Of a stretch of 64,000 nucleotides of DNA, positions 10,046 through 19,661 are shown one piece after another (the stretch's first letter is position 1; every line of letters starts with the position of its first letter). This DNA is from an uncultured bacterium (GTDB lineage: Bacteria; Edwardsbacteria; AC1; EtOH8): assembly GCA_963780225.1 (NCBI GenBank), contig CAWAAX010000011.1, positions 87,691 through 151,690 on the forward strand, read 5' to 3'. The notes beneath the pieces were generated by a model, which was not told the DNA's origin, ran no database searches, and worked only from the letters and a program-made list of their open reading frames with translations. Both the position numbers and the translations under genes were made by a program.

Positions 10046-11913
10046 GGCCGGGCCTTAAAATATTTTTCCGCCGAAGCCGCGATGCCCGAAACGCTGAGGC
10101 CGTTCTTTTCCAACAGCAGAGACCGGGGGCCGGCCTCTACGAAACTGTCGGGCAGTCCCAGCCGCTGGATATCGGTTTTCAGTTGCTGCCGGTTGGCCAG
10201 TTCCAAAATAGACGAGCCGAAGCCGCCGGCCAGAACATTTTCTTCGATGGTCAGTACTTTTTTATGGCGGGCCAGGATGCCGCCGATGCTTTCTTCGTCC
10301 AGAGGGCTGGCAAACCGGGCGTTCCAGACTTCTATCTCCAAACCCTTTGCTGCCAGCAATTCTGCCGCCTGACGGCCTAAAGTGGCCCCTATGCCCAACC
10401 CCAATATGGCCCCGTCCTTTCCCTCCCTAAGTTTTTCAGCCCGGCCCAAAGGCAGTTCCTGCGGATCAGTCAACTTGACGCCGAAACCGCTGCCCCGGGG
10501 ATAGCGGATGGCCGAGGGCCCGTTATGCTTGAGGGCTGTTACCAGCATGTCCCTTAATTCCTGCTCGTCTTTAGGAGCCATCAGCAGCAGGTTGGGAATG
10601 CAGCGCAGATAAGAGATGTCGAAAGGCCCGTGATGGGTGGGGCCGTCCTCGCCCACCAGCCCGGCCCGGTCGATGGCCAGCACCACCGGCAGTTTCTGGA
10701 GGGAGATGTCGTGGATGATCTGGTCATAGCCTCGCTGTAAAAAGGTGGAGTAGATGGCCACCACCGGACGTAAGCCCCGGGAGGCCAGTCCGGCGGCAAA
10801 GGTCAGGGCATGCTGTTCGGCGATGCCCACGTCGTAAAACCTTTCCGGAATGGCGTCCCGGAAGATGTCCAGGCCGGTGCCCTCGGGCATGGCCGCGGTG
10901 ATGGCCACGATCCGTGGATCCTTTAGCCCCAGTTCGCTTAGGGTCTGGCCGAAGACCTCGGTGTAGGAGGGGATGTCCGACTGGGTGCGGGAGTTGCCGG
11001 TCTCGGGATCGAAGGCCCCCACCCCGTGGAACTTTTCGGCGTTGTTCTCGGCCGGGGCATATCCTTTGCCCTTGGTGGTCAGCACGTGGAGCATGGTGGG
11101 GCCGGGCAGGTCCTTGATCCGGGACAGTATCTTGATCAAAGCCTCCAGGTCGTGGCCGTCCACCGGACCTTCGTAATGGTAGCCCAGCTCCTCAAAGGTC
11201 AGGCCCGGCACGATCAGGTTCTTGAATCCCTGGCGCAAACGGCGGAACATCACCCTGGTCGGCTGGCCGAAGTTCTTGGGCAGTTTCCCCAACAAGTCCC
11301 AGAGGTTCTTTTCAAAGCTGGTATAGGCCGGAGCGGTGGTGATCCGGGTCAGGTACTGGCCCAGGGCCCCCACCCGTTTGGAGATGGCCATCCGGTTGTC
11401 GTTCAAGACCACCAGCATGTTCTTTTTCAGCTGGCCGGCATGGTTCAGTCCCTCAAAGGCCAGGCCACCGGTCAGCGAACCGTCGCCGATGATAGCCGCC
11501 ACCCGGAATTTTTCCCCGCTCAGATCCCGGGCGCAGGCCATCCCCAGGGCCGCCGAGATGGAGGTGGAGGCGTGCCCGGTGTCAAAACAGTCATAGCAGC
11601 TTTCAGCCCGCTTGGGAAAGCCGCTCAAGCCCTGATAGGTCCGGATCGTGCAGAATTCCTTCTTTCTTCCGGTCAGAATCTTGTGAGCATAGGTCTGGTG
11701 ACCCACGTCCCAGATCAGCTTGTCATCAGGTGCTTCAAAGACGTAGTGCAAGGCAATGGTCAACTCCACCGTTCCCAGGCTGGGGGCCAGGTGCCCGCCG
11801 TTCTTGGAGATGGTCTCTATGATCTGCCGCCGCACCTCGCCCGCTAGCTGCTGCAGCTGCTGGAGGTTCAAACTCTTCAGGTCGTCCGGATTATTTATGC
11901 TGTCCAGGATCAT
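10042..11913 (-). CDS. dxs: 1-deoxy-D-xylulose-5-phosphate synthase
   Basis: GGHLAPSLGTVELT, WDVGHQ, GHASTSISA, DVGIAEQHA, DGPTHHG. Confidence 0.97.
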   Translation of the reverse strand: MILDSINNPDDLKSLNLQQLQQLAGEVRRQIIETISKNGGHLAPSLGTVELTIALHYVFEAPDDKLIWDVGHQTYAHKILTGRKKEFCTIRTYQGLSGFPKRAESCYDCFDTGHASTSISAALGMACARDLSGEKFRVAAIIGDGSLTGGLAFEGLNHAGQLKKNMLVVLNDNRMAISKRVGALGQYLTRITTAPAYTSFEKNLWDLLGKLPKNFGQPTRVMFRRLRQGFKNLIVPGLTFEELGYHYEGPVDGHDLEALIKILSRIKDLPGPTMLHVLTTKGKGYAPAENNAEKFHGVGAFDPETGNSRTQSDIPSYTEVFGQTLSELGLKDPRIVAITAAMPEGTGLDIFRDAIPERFYDVGIAEQHALTFAAGLASRGLRPVVAIYSTFLQRGYDQIIHDISLQKLPVVLAIDRAGLVGEDGPTHHGPFDISYLRCIPNLLLMAPKDEQELRDMLVTALKHNGPSAIRYPRGSGFGVKLTDPQELPLGRAEKLREGKDGAILGLGIGATLGRQAAELLAAKGLEIEVWNARFASPLDEESIGGILARHKKVLTIEENVLAGGFGSSILELANRQQLKTDIQRLGLPDSFVEAGPRSLLLEKNGLSVSGIAASAEKYFKARP

Positions 11914-11916
11914 GCT

Positions 11917-12369
11917 TTATCCTATCAGGTAGTGAAATATCAGACCCCAGAATATCCCCAAAATGCAGCCAGCCATCACCTCTATCGGAGTGTGCCCCAA
12001 CAATAGCTTTATTTGCAGGTCCTGGGACTTATTTTTAAGGGTCCGGCTTTCCAATATCCGGTTTAATGCCATGGCTTGTCGGCCCACCGCCCGCCGCACT
12101 CCGGCCGCATCGTACATCACCACAAAGGCCACGTAAGCGGACAGGGCGAACATCCAGTTATCAAAACCGGCGTTCAAACCTATCATGGTTGCCAAAGTAG
12201 CCGAGGAAGCAGCGTGGGAGCTGGGCATGCCGCCCGGTTCCAGAGTGCGCCGCCAGTTGAGCCGCCCCTCCCAGATGATGGAGGCGAAAGCTTTCAGTAT
12301 CTGTGTGGAAAGTCCGCTGGCCACCACGGCCCACAGCAGCTTGTTATTTAGGATGTTCCAGAACGGCAT
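11917..12369 (-). CDS. Divergent PAP2 family protein (DUF212)
   Basis: GGMPSSH, VVMYDAAGVRR, LLGHTP.EV. Confidence 0.9.
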   Translation of the reverse strand: MPFWNILNNKLLWAVVASGLSTQILKAFASIIWEGRLNWRRTLEPGGMPSSHAASSATLATMIGLNAGFDNWMFALSAYVAFVVMYDAAGVRRAVGRQAMALNRILESRTLKNKSQDLQIKLLLGHTPIEVMAGCILGIFWGLIFHYLIG

Positions 12370-12444
12370 ATATCGGGGAACCGATTATTGTGATTTGATG
12401 ACAGGGGTTTGGGAATAGCTTACAGCTTATAGCATTAAGCTTCG

Positions 12445-13734
12445 TTAGAACGTCCGGTTGACCATGTAATCGGCCCACTGCATCAGCAGCTGCTTGTACT
12501 CGGTCTCCGGCAGGGGTTCCAGCGCGGCGATGGCCTTGCGCACGTATTTCTGGGCCAGCTCGGCGGTATGCTCGATGCCGCCCAGTTTCACGAACAGCTG
12601 GGTGACGCTCTTGACCTGGGCCGGGGTGGCCTTGGGGTTGCCCAGGGTCTTCAGGATCAAATTCCTTTCGGCCCGGGATGACGCATTGAGCGAATGGTAG
12701 ACTATGGCCGTCCGCTTGCCCTCGCGGATGTCCGATCCTACCGGCTTGCCCAGGGTCTTCTCGTTGCCCAAAATCCCCAGGATGTCGTCCTGAAGCTGGA
12801 AGGCCATCCCGCAGTGGGAGGTGAACTGGGACAGTGCCTCCACATAGGGGTGCTTGTTGTTGGGCTGGTCGATGCCGATCATGGCCCCGGCCTTGCCGGC
12901 GAATTGGTACAGGGCCCCGGTCTTCTTCCACAGCATGGCCAGTATCTTTTCCTCGTTCAATGATTCCAGCGGCATCTTGGAGTACTGAACATCCAGGGCC
13001 TCTCCCTCGATCAGGGCCGACTGGACGTCGATCTCCAGGTCCAGGATCAGCTGCAGCACCAGGATGGGGTTCACCCCCCGCTCCCGCACCAGTTCGGTCA
13101 ATAGAGCGATGGTCCAGCCCTGCTGCAGGTCCCCGGCCAAAATGGCCATGGAGGTGCCGTAGTGCCGGGCTTCTTCGCCCTTAAGCCCCAGCCGCTTGAC
13201 GGCCCGCTGGGTCAGCTCCTCGTGCACCGTGGCCGCTCCCCGGCGCAGCTTGTCCCGGTCGATGATGTCGTCGTGGACCAGGGTCCAGGTGTGGTAAACT
13301 TCGATGGCCGCAGCCGCCGGCAGGGCCTTGTCCTCGTCGCCGCCCACCGCTCCGCAGCAGAACAGGCAGACCGCGGGCCGCAATGATTTGCCGCCGATGC
13401 CCAGGTAGCTGTGCATTCCGCGGTAGATGTCTTCGGGCAGGAACTTGTCGGGCCGGTCCTTAAGCTTAAGATACTGGTGAACTGATTCCTTGCGCTTTTT
13501 AACCTCTTCCAAAAGCCTGGCCAGGGGGCTGAGCGGGGCCGGCTTGGTTGCGGCCGCCGAGCCGGGTCGAGGCGTGACCGAAGGTTTGGCCCCTTCGGCA
13601 CCGCTCAGGGCAAGCTTCTTGGCGGCAGGCTTGGCTGTTTTCTTGCTTACCGGCTTGACCGGGCGCTTGATCGCTTTCTTCGGGGGGATCTTGGCTTTTG
13701 CCGTCTTGGCCTTGTGGGTTTTACTCTTGGTCAT
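12445..13734 (-). CDS. Polyprenyl diphosphate synthase (IspA/IdsA-like) with Lys/Ala/Pro-rich N-terminal extension
   Basis: GGKSLRP, LVHDDIIDRD..RRG, FQLQDD, GSDIREGK. Confidence 0.9.
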   Translation of the reverse strand: MTKSKTHKAKTAKAKIPPKKAIKRPVKPVSKKTAKPAAKKLALSGAEGAKPSVTPRPGSAAATKPAPLSPLARLLEEVKKRKESVHQYLKLKDRPDKFLPEDIYRGMHSYLGIGGKSLRPAVCLFCCGAVGGDEDKALPAAAAIEVYHTWTLVHDDIIDRDKLRRGAATVHEELTQRAVKRLGLKGEEARHYGTSMAILAGDLQQGWTIALLTELVRERGVNPILVLQLILDLEIDVQSALIEGEALDVQYSKMPLESLNEEKILAMLWKKTGALYQFAGKAGAMIGIDQPNNKHPYVEALSQFTSHCGMAFQLQDDILGILGNEKTLGKPVGSDIREGKRTAIVYHSLNASSRAERNLILKTLGNPKATPAQVKSVTQLFVKLGGIEHTAELAQKYVRKAIAALEPLPETEYKQLLMQWADYMVNRTF

Positions 13735-13990
13735 TGGGACCCTCCTCCAATTTCATTGCTTCGGTTTTAAATTCCCCCTGGCCGCTTAGGGTAAGTTTTT
13801 TAATCTTGAAATTCACCTCGTTCAATGCCGCCTTGGCCTGGCCCGTCAGTTCCATTCCCTCCTGGTACAGGCCCAAAGCCTGGTCGATCTCCACTTCGCC
13901 GGATTCCAATTTCTCCACGATCTGCTCCAGCCGCTTCAGTGCTGTTTCCAGCTTGAAGTCCTTTGGCTGGTTTTTTTTAGCGGTTTTCAT
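13721..13990 (-). CDS. xseB: Exodeoxyribonuclease VII small subunit
   Basis: ETALKRLEQIVEKLESG; follows xseA. Confidence 0.9.
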   Translation of the reverse strand: MKTAKKNQPKDFKLETALKRLEQIVEKLESGEVEIDQALGLYQEGMELTGQAKAALNEVNFKIKKLTLSGQGEFKTEAMKLEEGPNDQE

Positions 13991-15192
13991 CGGCCCGTCT
14001 CCTTAACTGTCGTTTTAGCCCATCCCCTGGAAAACTCTGCTGTCAGGCTGTCTTCCGGTTTCAGTGTTTTTGAGTCCTTGATCACCCTTCCCTTTTGGTC
14101 GCGGCAGATGCTGTAGCCCCGGGCCAGCACCGAGCCGGGACCGAGGGCCGCCAGCGACTGGCTTAGTCCGTCCAGTTTTGTCTTTAATAGCCCGACCTGC
14201 CAGGCCATGACCGCCCCCAATTGTTTCTGGGTCCGGACCAGCTGCTGGGATTTCTGCTCCACCAGATCGGCCAGCCGCATCATCCCGTAACTGCGGCCTA
14301 CTGCTTTCAGCCTTTGCTCATACCGGGAGGACAGCCACAACAGGGCGTTCTTCATTCTGGCTCCGGAATCCGAAAGACCCGATCTGACCTCGGCCAGGTC
14401 GGGGACCGCCAGCTCGGCCGCGGCCGACGGGGTGGGGGCCCTGAGGTCGGCCGTGAAATCGGCGATGGTAAAATCTACTTCGTGGCCCACCGCCGAGATC
14501 ACCGGGATCTTTGATCCGTAGATGGCCCGGGCCACCGCCTCCTCGTTGAAGGCCCACAGGTCCTCGGCCGAGCCGCCGCCCCGGCCCACTATCAGGAACT
14601 GCACCTGGCCAAAGTTGTTGAACTGTTTGATGGCTTCGGCGATCTTGTCCCCGGCTCCCACACCCTGCACCGGAACCGGGTTCAGGATCAGCTGGCACAG
14701 CGGCCAGCGTCGTTTGATGACCTTGATGATGTCCCGTAAAACCGCCCCGGTGGGCGAGGTCACCAGTCCGATGGCCGTTGGGTATTTGGGAATGGGCCGC
14801 TTGTGCTCCGGGTCGAACAGGCCCTCCTGGAACAGCTTGTTCTTCAGGCGCTCAAAGGCCAGGGCCAGTTCGCCCTGTCCCGCTATTTGCAGCTGCTGGA
14901 CATTGAGCTGGTATTGCCCGGCCCGCTCGTACAAAGTAACGTCGGCCAGGGCCAGGCACTGCATCCCGTCCTGGGGCAAAAGCAGCAAAGACTGGGCGGC
15001 GGTTTTGAACATCACACAGCGCACCTGCCCCCCGCCGTCCTTTAAGCTGAAGTACAGGTGGCCCGAGGAATGGGCCGTCATGTTGGAGACCTCGCCCTTG
15101 ACCCACAGCCTGGGGATGGAGGACTCCAGCACCCGCCGCACCTGGGCGTTGAGCTGGCTGACCGAAAGTATTATCTGCTTGTCGTCGGGCAT
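13987..15192 (-). CDS. xseA: Exodeoxyribonuclease VII large subunit
   Basis: GEVSN, SGHLYFSLKD, RGGGS.EDLW.FN, TPSAAAE. Confidence 0.96.
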   Translation of the reverse strand: MPDDKQIILSVSQLNAQVRRVLESSIPRLWVKGEVSNMTAHSSGHLYFSLKDGGGQVRCVMFKTAAQSLLLLPQDGMQCLALADVTLYERAGQYQLNVQQLQIAGQGELALAFERLKNKLFQEGLFDPEHKRPIPKYPTAIGLVTSPTGAVLRDIIKVIKRRWPLCQLILNPVPVQGVGAGDKIAEAIKQFNNFGQVQFLIVGRGGGSAEDLWAFNEEAVARAIYGSKIPVISAVGHEVDFTIADFTADLRAPTPSAAAELAVPDLAEVRSGLSDSGARMKNALLWLSSRYEQRLKAVGRSYGMMRLADLVEQKSQQLVRTQKQLGAVMAWQVGLLKTKLDGLSQSLAALGPGSVLARGYSICRDQKGRVIKDSKTLKPEDSLTAEFSRGWAKTTVKETGR

Positions 15193-15208
15193 TTGTTCTG
15201 ATAAAAGG

Positions 15209-16966
15209 TCACTTTATGAAACCCAGGCTCTTAGCCCTTTGCACATCCTGCTCAGCTCGCCTGCGGTCGCCCAGCAGGTAATAGGTATATCCCCGGTAAT
15301 AATAAGCCTCTCCGTATCCGGGATCAAGTTCTATCGCCTGGCTGAAATCGGCAATGGCCAAAAGATAATTCTTCATTTGCCCGTAGGTAGTGGCCCGGTT
15401 GTAATAGAACACCGGATCATTAGGCGATAAGGCTATGGCTTTGGATAGGTCTGACAGCGCTGATTCAAATTGTTTTTTTATTCCGTAGGCATTGCCCCGG
15501 TTGCTGTAGGCCTTGGCATAGGCCGGATCAAGTGCTATAGCCCGGGAGCAATCTTCTATGGCCTCGTCGGGCCGGTTTAATTTGAGATATGTGCAACTTC
15601 TGTTGTACCAGGCAGCAATGTTGGCAGGATCTATGGCCACCGCCCTGGAAAAATCATCCTCCGCTTCCTGATCCCGGCCCATTATGTCAAAAGCGTTGCC
15701 CCGATGGTTATGGGCGAAGGAATTGGCTCCGGGACATTTCTTTATGGCATCGCTCCAAACTGCTATGCTGTCACGCCAGACAAAACAGCGCTTGTACGCG
15801 GCAATGCTTTCTGCCGAAGTAATCAGGACCAGGAGAATCGCGGCAACGGCCATGACCTGCCGGGTTCCGCCCCGGAACATCTTATACAGATACGACCCGG
15901 CGAGGAAGAACAGGCCCAAAGAGGCAAAATAAGAATATCGTTCGGCCGCGGCAAACCCGCCTACCGGAACTATCTGCAGCACCGGCAGAATGGTTATCAG
16001 GTAAAATGCTCCCCCGAAGAAGACCGTCTTATTTCTGCGCCCCCATGTTAAAAGAACAGCAACCATTAGAACGCTGGCGATCGAAGCCAGGTAAAAGGTC
16101 CAGGGCAGGGGTGTTCCGGGATAGGGATGAAAGGCCGAAAGCCGGAAGGGAGCAATTAGTTTTATGATATAGAAAACGAAACCGTAACCGGCCGTCAGTA
16201 AATTGGCGATCAAAGGCCGGCTGGCCTGGATGAACTGGCTTTGTCCCTGGACGTAATATGAGATCACTCCGAATACTATTGCCAGGACCGCATACGGAGC
16301 TTTCTCCAGCCAGGATCTTCGGTTGAACGGTTTGTCAAGAAAGTGGTCAGCCAGGAACAGGACCGGGACCAGGGCCACCGCCATGCCCTTGGAGAAACAG
16401 GCCAGCTGGAACAAGAGCAGTGAAGCGGCATAATCTGCGGTCTTTTCCCGGTGCTTGTACCGAAGGTACATTATCAGGGAAAGAAGGGCAAAGAAGGTGT
16501 ATATCAGGTCCTTCTGGGAGGCGGCCCAGGCCACTGATTCCACCCGCAAGGGATGGACGGCCCATAAGACCGCGATGATCCCGGCTGTCCAGCCGTTCTT
16601 CAGCAGCAAGTAAAAGAGCGCGAAGACCAGAAAAGCATTCAGCAGGTGCAGGATGATGCCGGTTATGTGGTAGACCTTAGGGTCGGGACCGTTGACCTTA
16701 TATTCCAAAGCGTAAGCCAAGAGAACCAGCGGGTAATAATTGCCTTCGTACCCTGAGCTGAACCAGCTTTTTATATTGGCCGGTGAAATGTCCCGGATCA
16801 GGCTGTTTTCAACAATGTAGCTGTTGTCGTCGAGATTTATGAACCCATTGTTTAGACAGGGCGAGAAAACCGCCAGCACCAGCAAGGCCAGCGCCGCCAG
16901 GACGAGGATCAAATGGCTTTTCTTAAAAACCGGAACCTGTGAGAATATTTGCTTGTCATCATTCAT
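15209..16966 (-). CDS. Multi-TM GT-C-like protein with C-terminal TPRs (TMTC-like)
   Basis: N-terminal DD motif, HPLRVESVAW, AERYSY, followed by TPR repeats. Confidence 0.8.
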   Translation of the reverse strand: MNDDKQIFSQVPVFKKSHLILVLAALALLVLAVFSPCLNNGFINLDDNSYIVENSLIRDISPANIKSWFSSGYEGNYYPLVLLAYALEYKVNGPDPKVYHITGIILHLLNAFLVFALFYLLLKNGWTAGIIAVLWAVHPLRVESVAWAASQKDLIYTFFALLSLIMYLRYKHREKTADYAASLLLFQLACFSKGMAVALVPVLFLADHFLDKPFNRRSWLEKAPYAVLAIVFGVISYYVQGQSQFIQASRPLIANLLTAGYGFVFYIIKLIAPFRLSAFHPYPGTPLPWTFYLASIASVLMVAVLLTWGRRNKTVFFGGAFYLITILPVLQIVPVGGFAAAERYSYFASLGLFFLAGSYLYKMFRGGTRQVMAVAAILLVLITSAESIAAYKRCFVWRDSIAVWSDAIKKCPGANSFAHNHRGNAFDIMGRDQEAEDDFSRAVAIDPANIAAWYNRSCTYLKLNRPDEAIEDCSRAIALDPAYAKAYSNRGNAYGIKKQFESALSDLSKAIALSPNDPVFYYNRATTYGQMKNYLLAIADFSQAIELDPGYGEAYYYRGYTYYLLGDRRRAEQDVQRAKSLGFIK

Positions 16967-17118
16967 ATTTTAGCCACAGAGCAATGCACTGAGCGTTGTA
17001 CAGTGCAAGCCGAAGTGTTTATCGAAGTGACGCAGAGACACTGAGAATATATTTAAAACTCCCTCCCCGCATCGGGGAGTGCGTTACTTCCCCTTCCCTT
17101 GCGGGGAAGGGGTTGGGG

Positions 17119-17985
17119 TTAGGTCGCCGCCTTCACCGTGTTCTTCAGCAGCATGGCCCGGGTCATCGGGCCCACCCCGCCCGGCACCGGCGTGATGTAC
17201 GAGGCGACCTTGGAGGCCGACTCAAAATCCACGTCCCCGGTCAGTCTTACCCCGCTCTTCTTGCTGAGGTCGGTGACCTGGTTGACGCCCACATCCACCA
17301 CCACACAGTTGTTGTTGAGCATGCTGCCGGTGATCATCCCCGGGCTGCCGGCCGCCGCGATCACGATGTCGGCCTGCTTGGTGTAGTAGGGCAGCCCCTT
17401 GGTGCCGGTATGGCAGACGGTGACGGTGGCGTTGCCGTGCTTGGCCTTCTGCAGCAGCATGTTGGCCAGGGGCTTGCCCACTATGTTGGACCGCCCCACG
17501 ATCACGATGTACTTTCCCGAGATCTCGATCCCGGTGCGGACCAGCAGTTCTATCACCCCGGCCGGGGTGCAGGGCAAAAAGCGCGGCCGCCCCAAAGTCA
17601 TCAGCCCCACGTTCTCGGGATGGAAACAGTCCACATCCTTTAACGGGGATATGGACTGGAAGGCCTGTTCTTCGGACAAGCCCTTGGGCAGCGGCGACTG
17701 CACCAGGATGCCGTGGACGGTCTTGTCCTGGTTGAGTTCTTTGATCTTGTCCAGCAGCTGCGCCTGGGTGGTGTCCGCCGGCAGTTCGATGACCGAGGAG
17801 CGGATGCCCACCTCTTCGCAGTCCTGGTGCTTGTTGCGGACATAGACCTGCGAGGCTGGGTCGCTGCCCACGATTATCACCGCCAGGTGGGGTTCTGTCC
17901 CCCGTCCCTTGAGGGCTGATACCTCGGCCTTGACTTCCTGGCGGATGTCCGCCGCTATTTTTTTACCGTCGATGATGGTGGCCAT
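17119..17985 (-). CDS. folD: Methylene-THF dehydrogenase/cyclohydrolase
   Basis: IIDGK, KDVDCFHP, PCTP, TPVPGGVGPMT. Confidence 0.97.
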   Translation of the reverse strand: MATIIDGKKIAADIRQEVKAEVSALKGRGTEPHLAVIIVGSDPASQVYVRNKHQDCEEVGIRSSVIELPADTTQAQLLDKIKELNQDKTVHGILVQSPLPKGLSEEQAFQSISPLKDVDCFHPENVGLMTLGRPRFLPCTPAGVIELLVRTGIEISGKYIVIVGRSNIVGKPLANMLLQKAKHGNATVTVCHTGTKGLPYYTKQADIVIAAAGSPGMITGSMLNNNCVVVDVGVNQVTDLSKKSGVRLTGDVDFESASKVASYITPVPGGVGPMTRAMLLKNTVKAAT

Positions 17986-18269
17986 AATATCTTGCTTCTA
18001 ATTGCTTTTCACCTTCGTTTTAGGCCGCACCAGCGGTCTTGATGATTTCTAGCGATAGTCTTCTTTATCCGCCGAAGCCTTGGCAAAGGAGGAAGGCTAT
18101 CGCAAACAAAATGGCATTACAAATATATGTTCCCCCGGTTTCAGTGATACCGTGAACGATATCGCTATTTCTCATCAAGGCTTGCTAAAGCAAGCCTGCC
18201 AATGGTTATCTGTAGTTATGTTCCTTGCGGATGTCCGCCGCTATTTTTTTACCGTCGATGAATTTGGGC

Positions 18270-18660
18270 CTAATTAATCACCTGCGCTATTTTTTGAGAC
18301 GTCGAGTGGAACCGACGCCTTTCCATACTTTTAGCAGTTACAGAACCACATTTTGAACGTTTGTACTCCGATAAACTCGATATTTTTTTGCAAGAAAATA
18401 ATGGGATGTCTGGCAAATTGTTGGGATAGATCGGTAACCAGTGACCAAGTATTATATTGCTATAATAATCGCGATGCATACTTATCTTTACTTTTTAAAT
18501 GTGAATTAATTCAGCCTTGGGGAAAGGACTCCGCCACATGCTTTGCTGTAACAAGATAATCATTGTTTTCATATTTAACGATAAAACATGTGCCACCAAT
18601 CACACGTAGTGGTATTGATTTGGCAAGAAAACCGACAGCTTAAGTCTCTATCGAAACTTA
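18270..18660 (-). pseudogene. Decayed AT-rich trypsin-like serine protease fragment
   Basis: Minus strand reads AVGFLAKSIPLRVIGGTCFIVKYENNDYLVTAKHVAES, then a stop. Confidence 0.5.
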
Positions 18661-18780
18661 GCAATCGAACGCAGACAAGAAAGTAGAATAAATGTTTGGC
18701 TAATAAAACATTCTTATATAAAACTGTTTAACTCACACTTGCCATGTATTAAGGATTTGTAAGTATTTCCTTTAGAAGCA

Positions 18781-19561
18781 TTATACGGGTTGATAAATAC
18801 GTTCTACCTTTCTCGCCTTTCCCGCTCTTCTCATCCACCTCCACCACCACCCCGCTGAACCTCACGTCCCCCTCGGCCGGCGCGAACTTGGCCGGCATCT
18901 GGTCCAGAAAGCGCTTGATGATCCCTTCCTTCTCCATCCCTATCACGCCTTCAAAGCCCCCGCACATCCCGGCGTCGGTGATGTAGGCCGTGCCCAAAGG
19001 AAGAATGCGCTCGTCGGCCGTCATCACGTGGGTGTGGGTGCCGATGACCGCGGACACCCGGCCGTCCAGATACCAGCCCATGGCGATCTTCTCGGAAGTG
19101 GCCTCGGCGTGCATGTCCACGATTATGATGTCGGTTTCCTTCTTCATCTCCTTCAGCGCCTTGTCCGCCGCCTTAAAGGGACAGTCTGTGGTGGACAGGA
19201 ACACCCGGCCCAAAAGATTGAGCACTCCTACTTTTGCGCCGTTCTCCGCCTTGTAAACACCGTAAGGGAAACCCACCGACTCTTCGGGATAATTGGCCGG
19301 CCTTAGGATGCGCTTTTCGCTGGAGAGAAATGGAATGATCTCCTTCTTGTCCCACAGGTGGTTGCCGGTGGTCAGCGCGTCTATGCCCAGGGCAAAAAGC
19401 TCCTTGGCCACGGTTACGGTCAGCCCGAAGCCGGCCGCCGCGTTCTCGCCGTTGGCCACCACGAAGTCCACCCCGTGCTCCTTGACGATCTCCGGCATGA
19501 TGTGCCTGACCGCGCTCCGCCCCGGGCTCCCGATGATGTCGCCTATAAACAGTATCTTCAT
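18781..19561 (-). CDS. ymdB: YmdB/TIGR00282 metallophosphoesterase (1-nt frameshift near 3' end)
   Basis: GDIIG, NGENAA, GNHLW, HAEATSEK, GTHTH; removing one A near 18818 gives a canonical end GKARKVERIYQPV*. Confidence 0.92.
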
Positions 19562-19661
19562 ATTTTCCCAAGCTGTCAGCTGTAGGCTATATGCTTCAAG
19601 CCGATCTTTGTGCTTTTGCTCAACAGCTTATAGCTTAAGGCTTATAGCATATAGCTATAAG

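Noticed and set aside
18749..18820. ymdB 3' end replaced by an insertion
   Set aside because: The canonical C-terminus is present in the adjacent frame; a 1-nt indel explains it.
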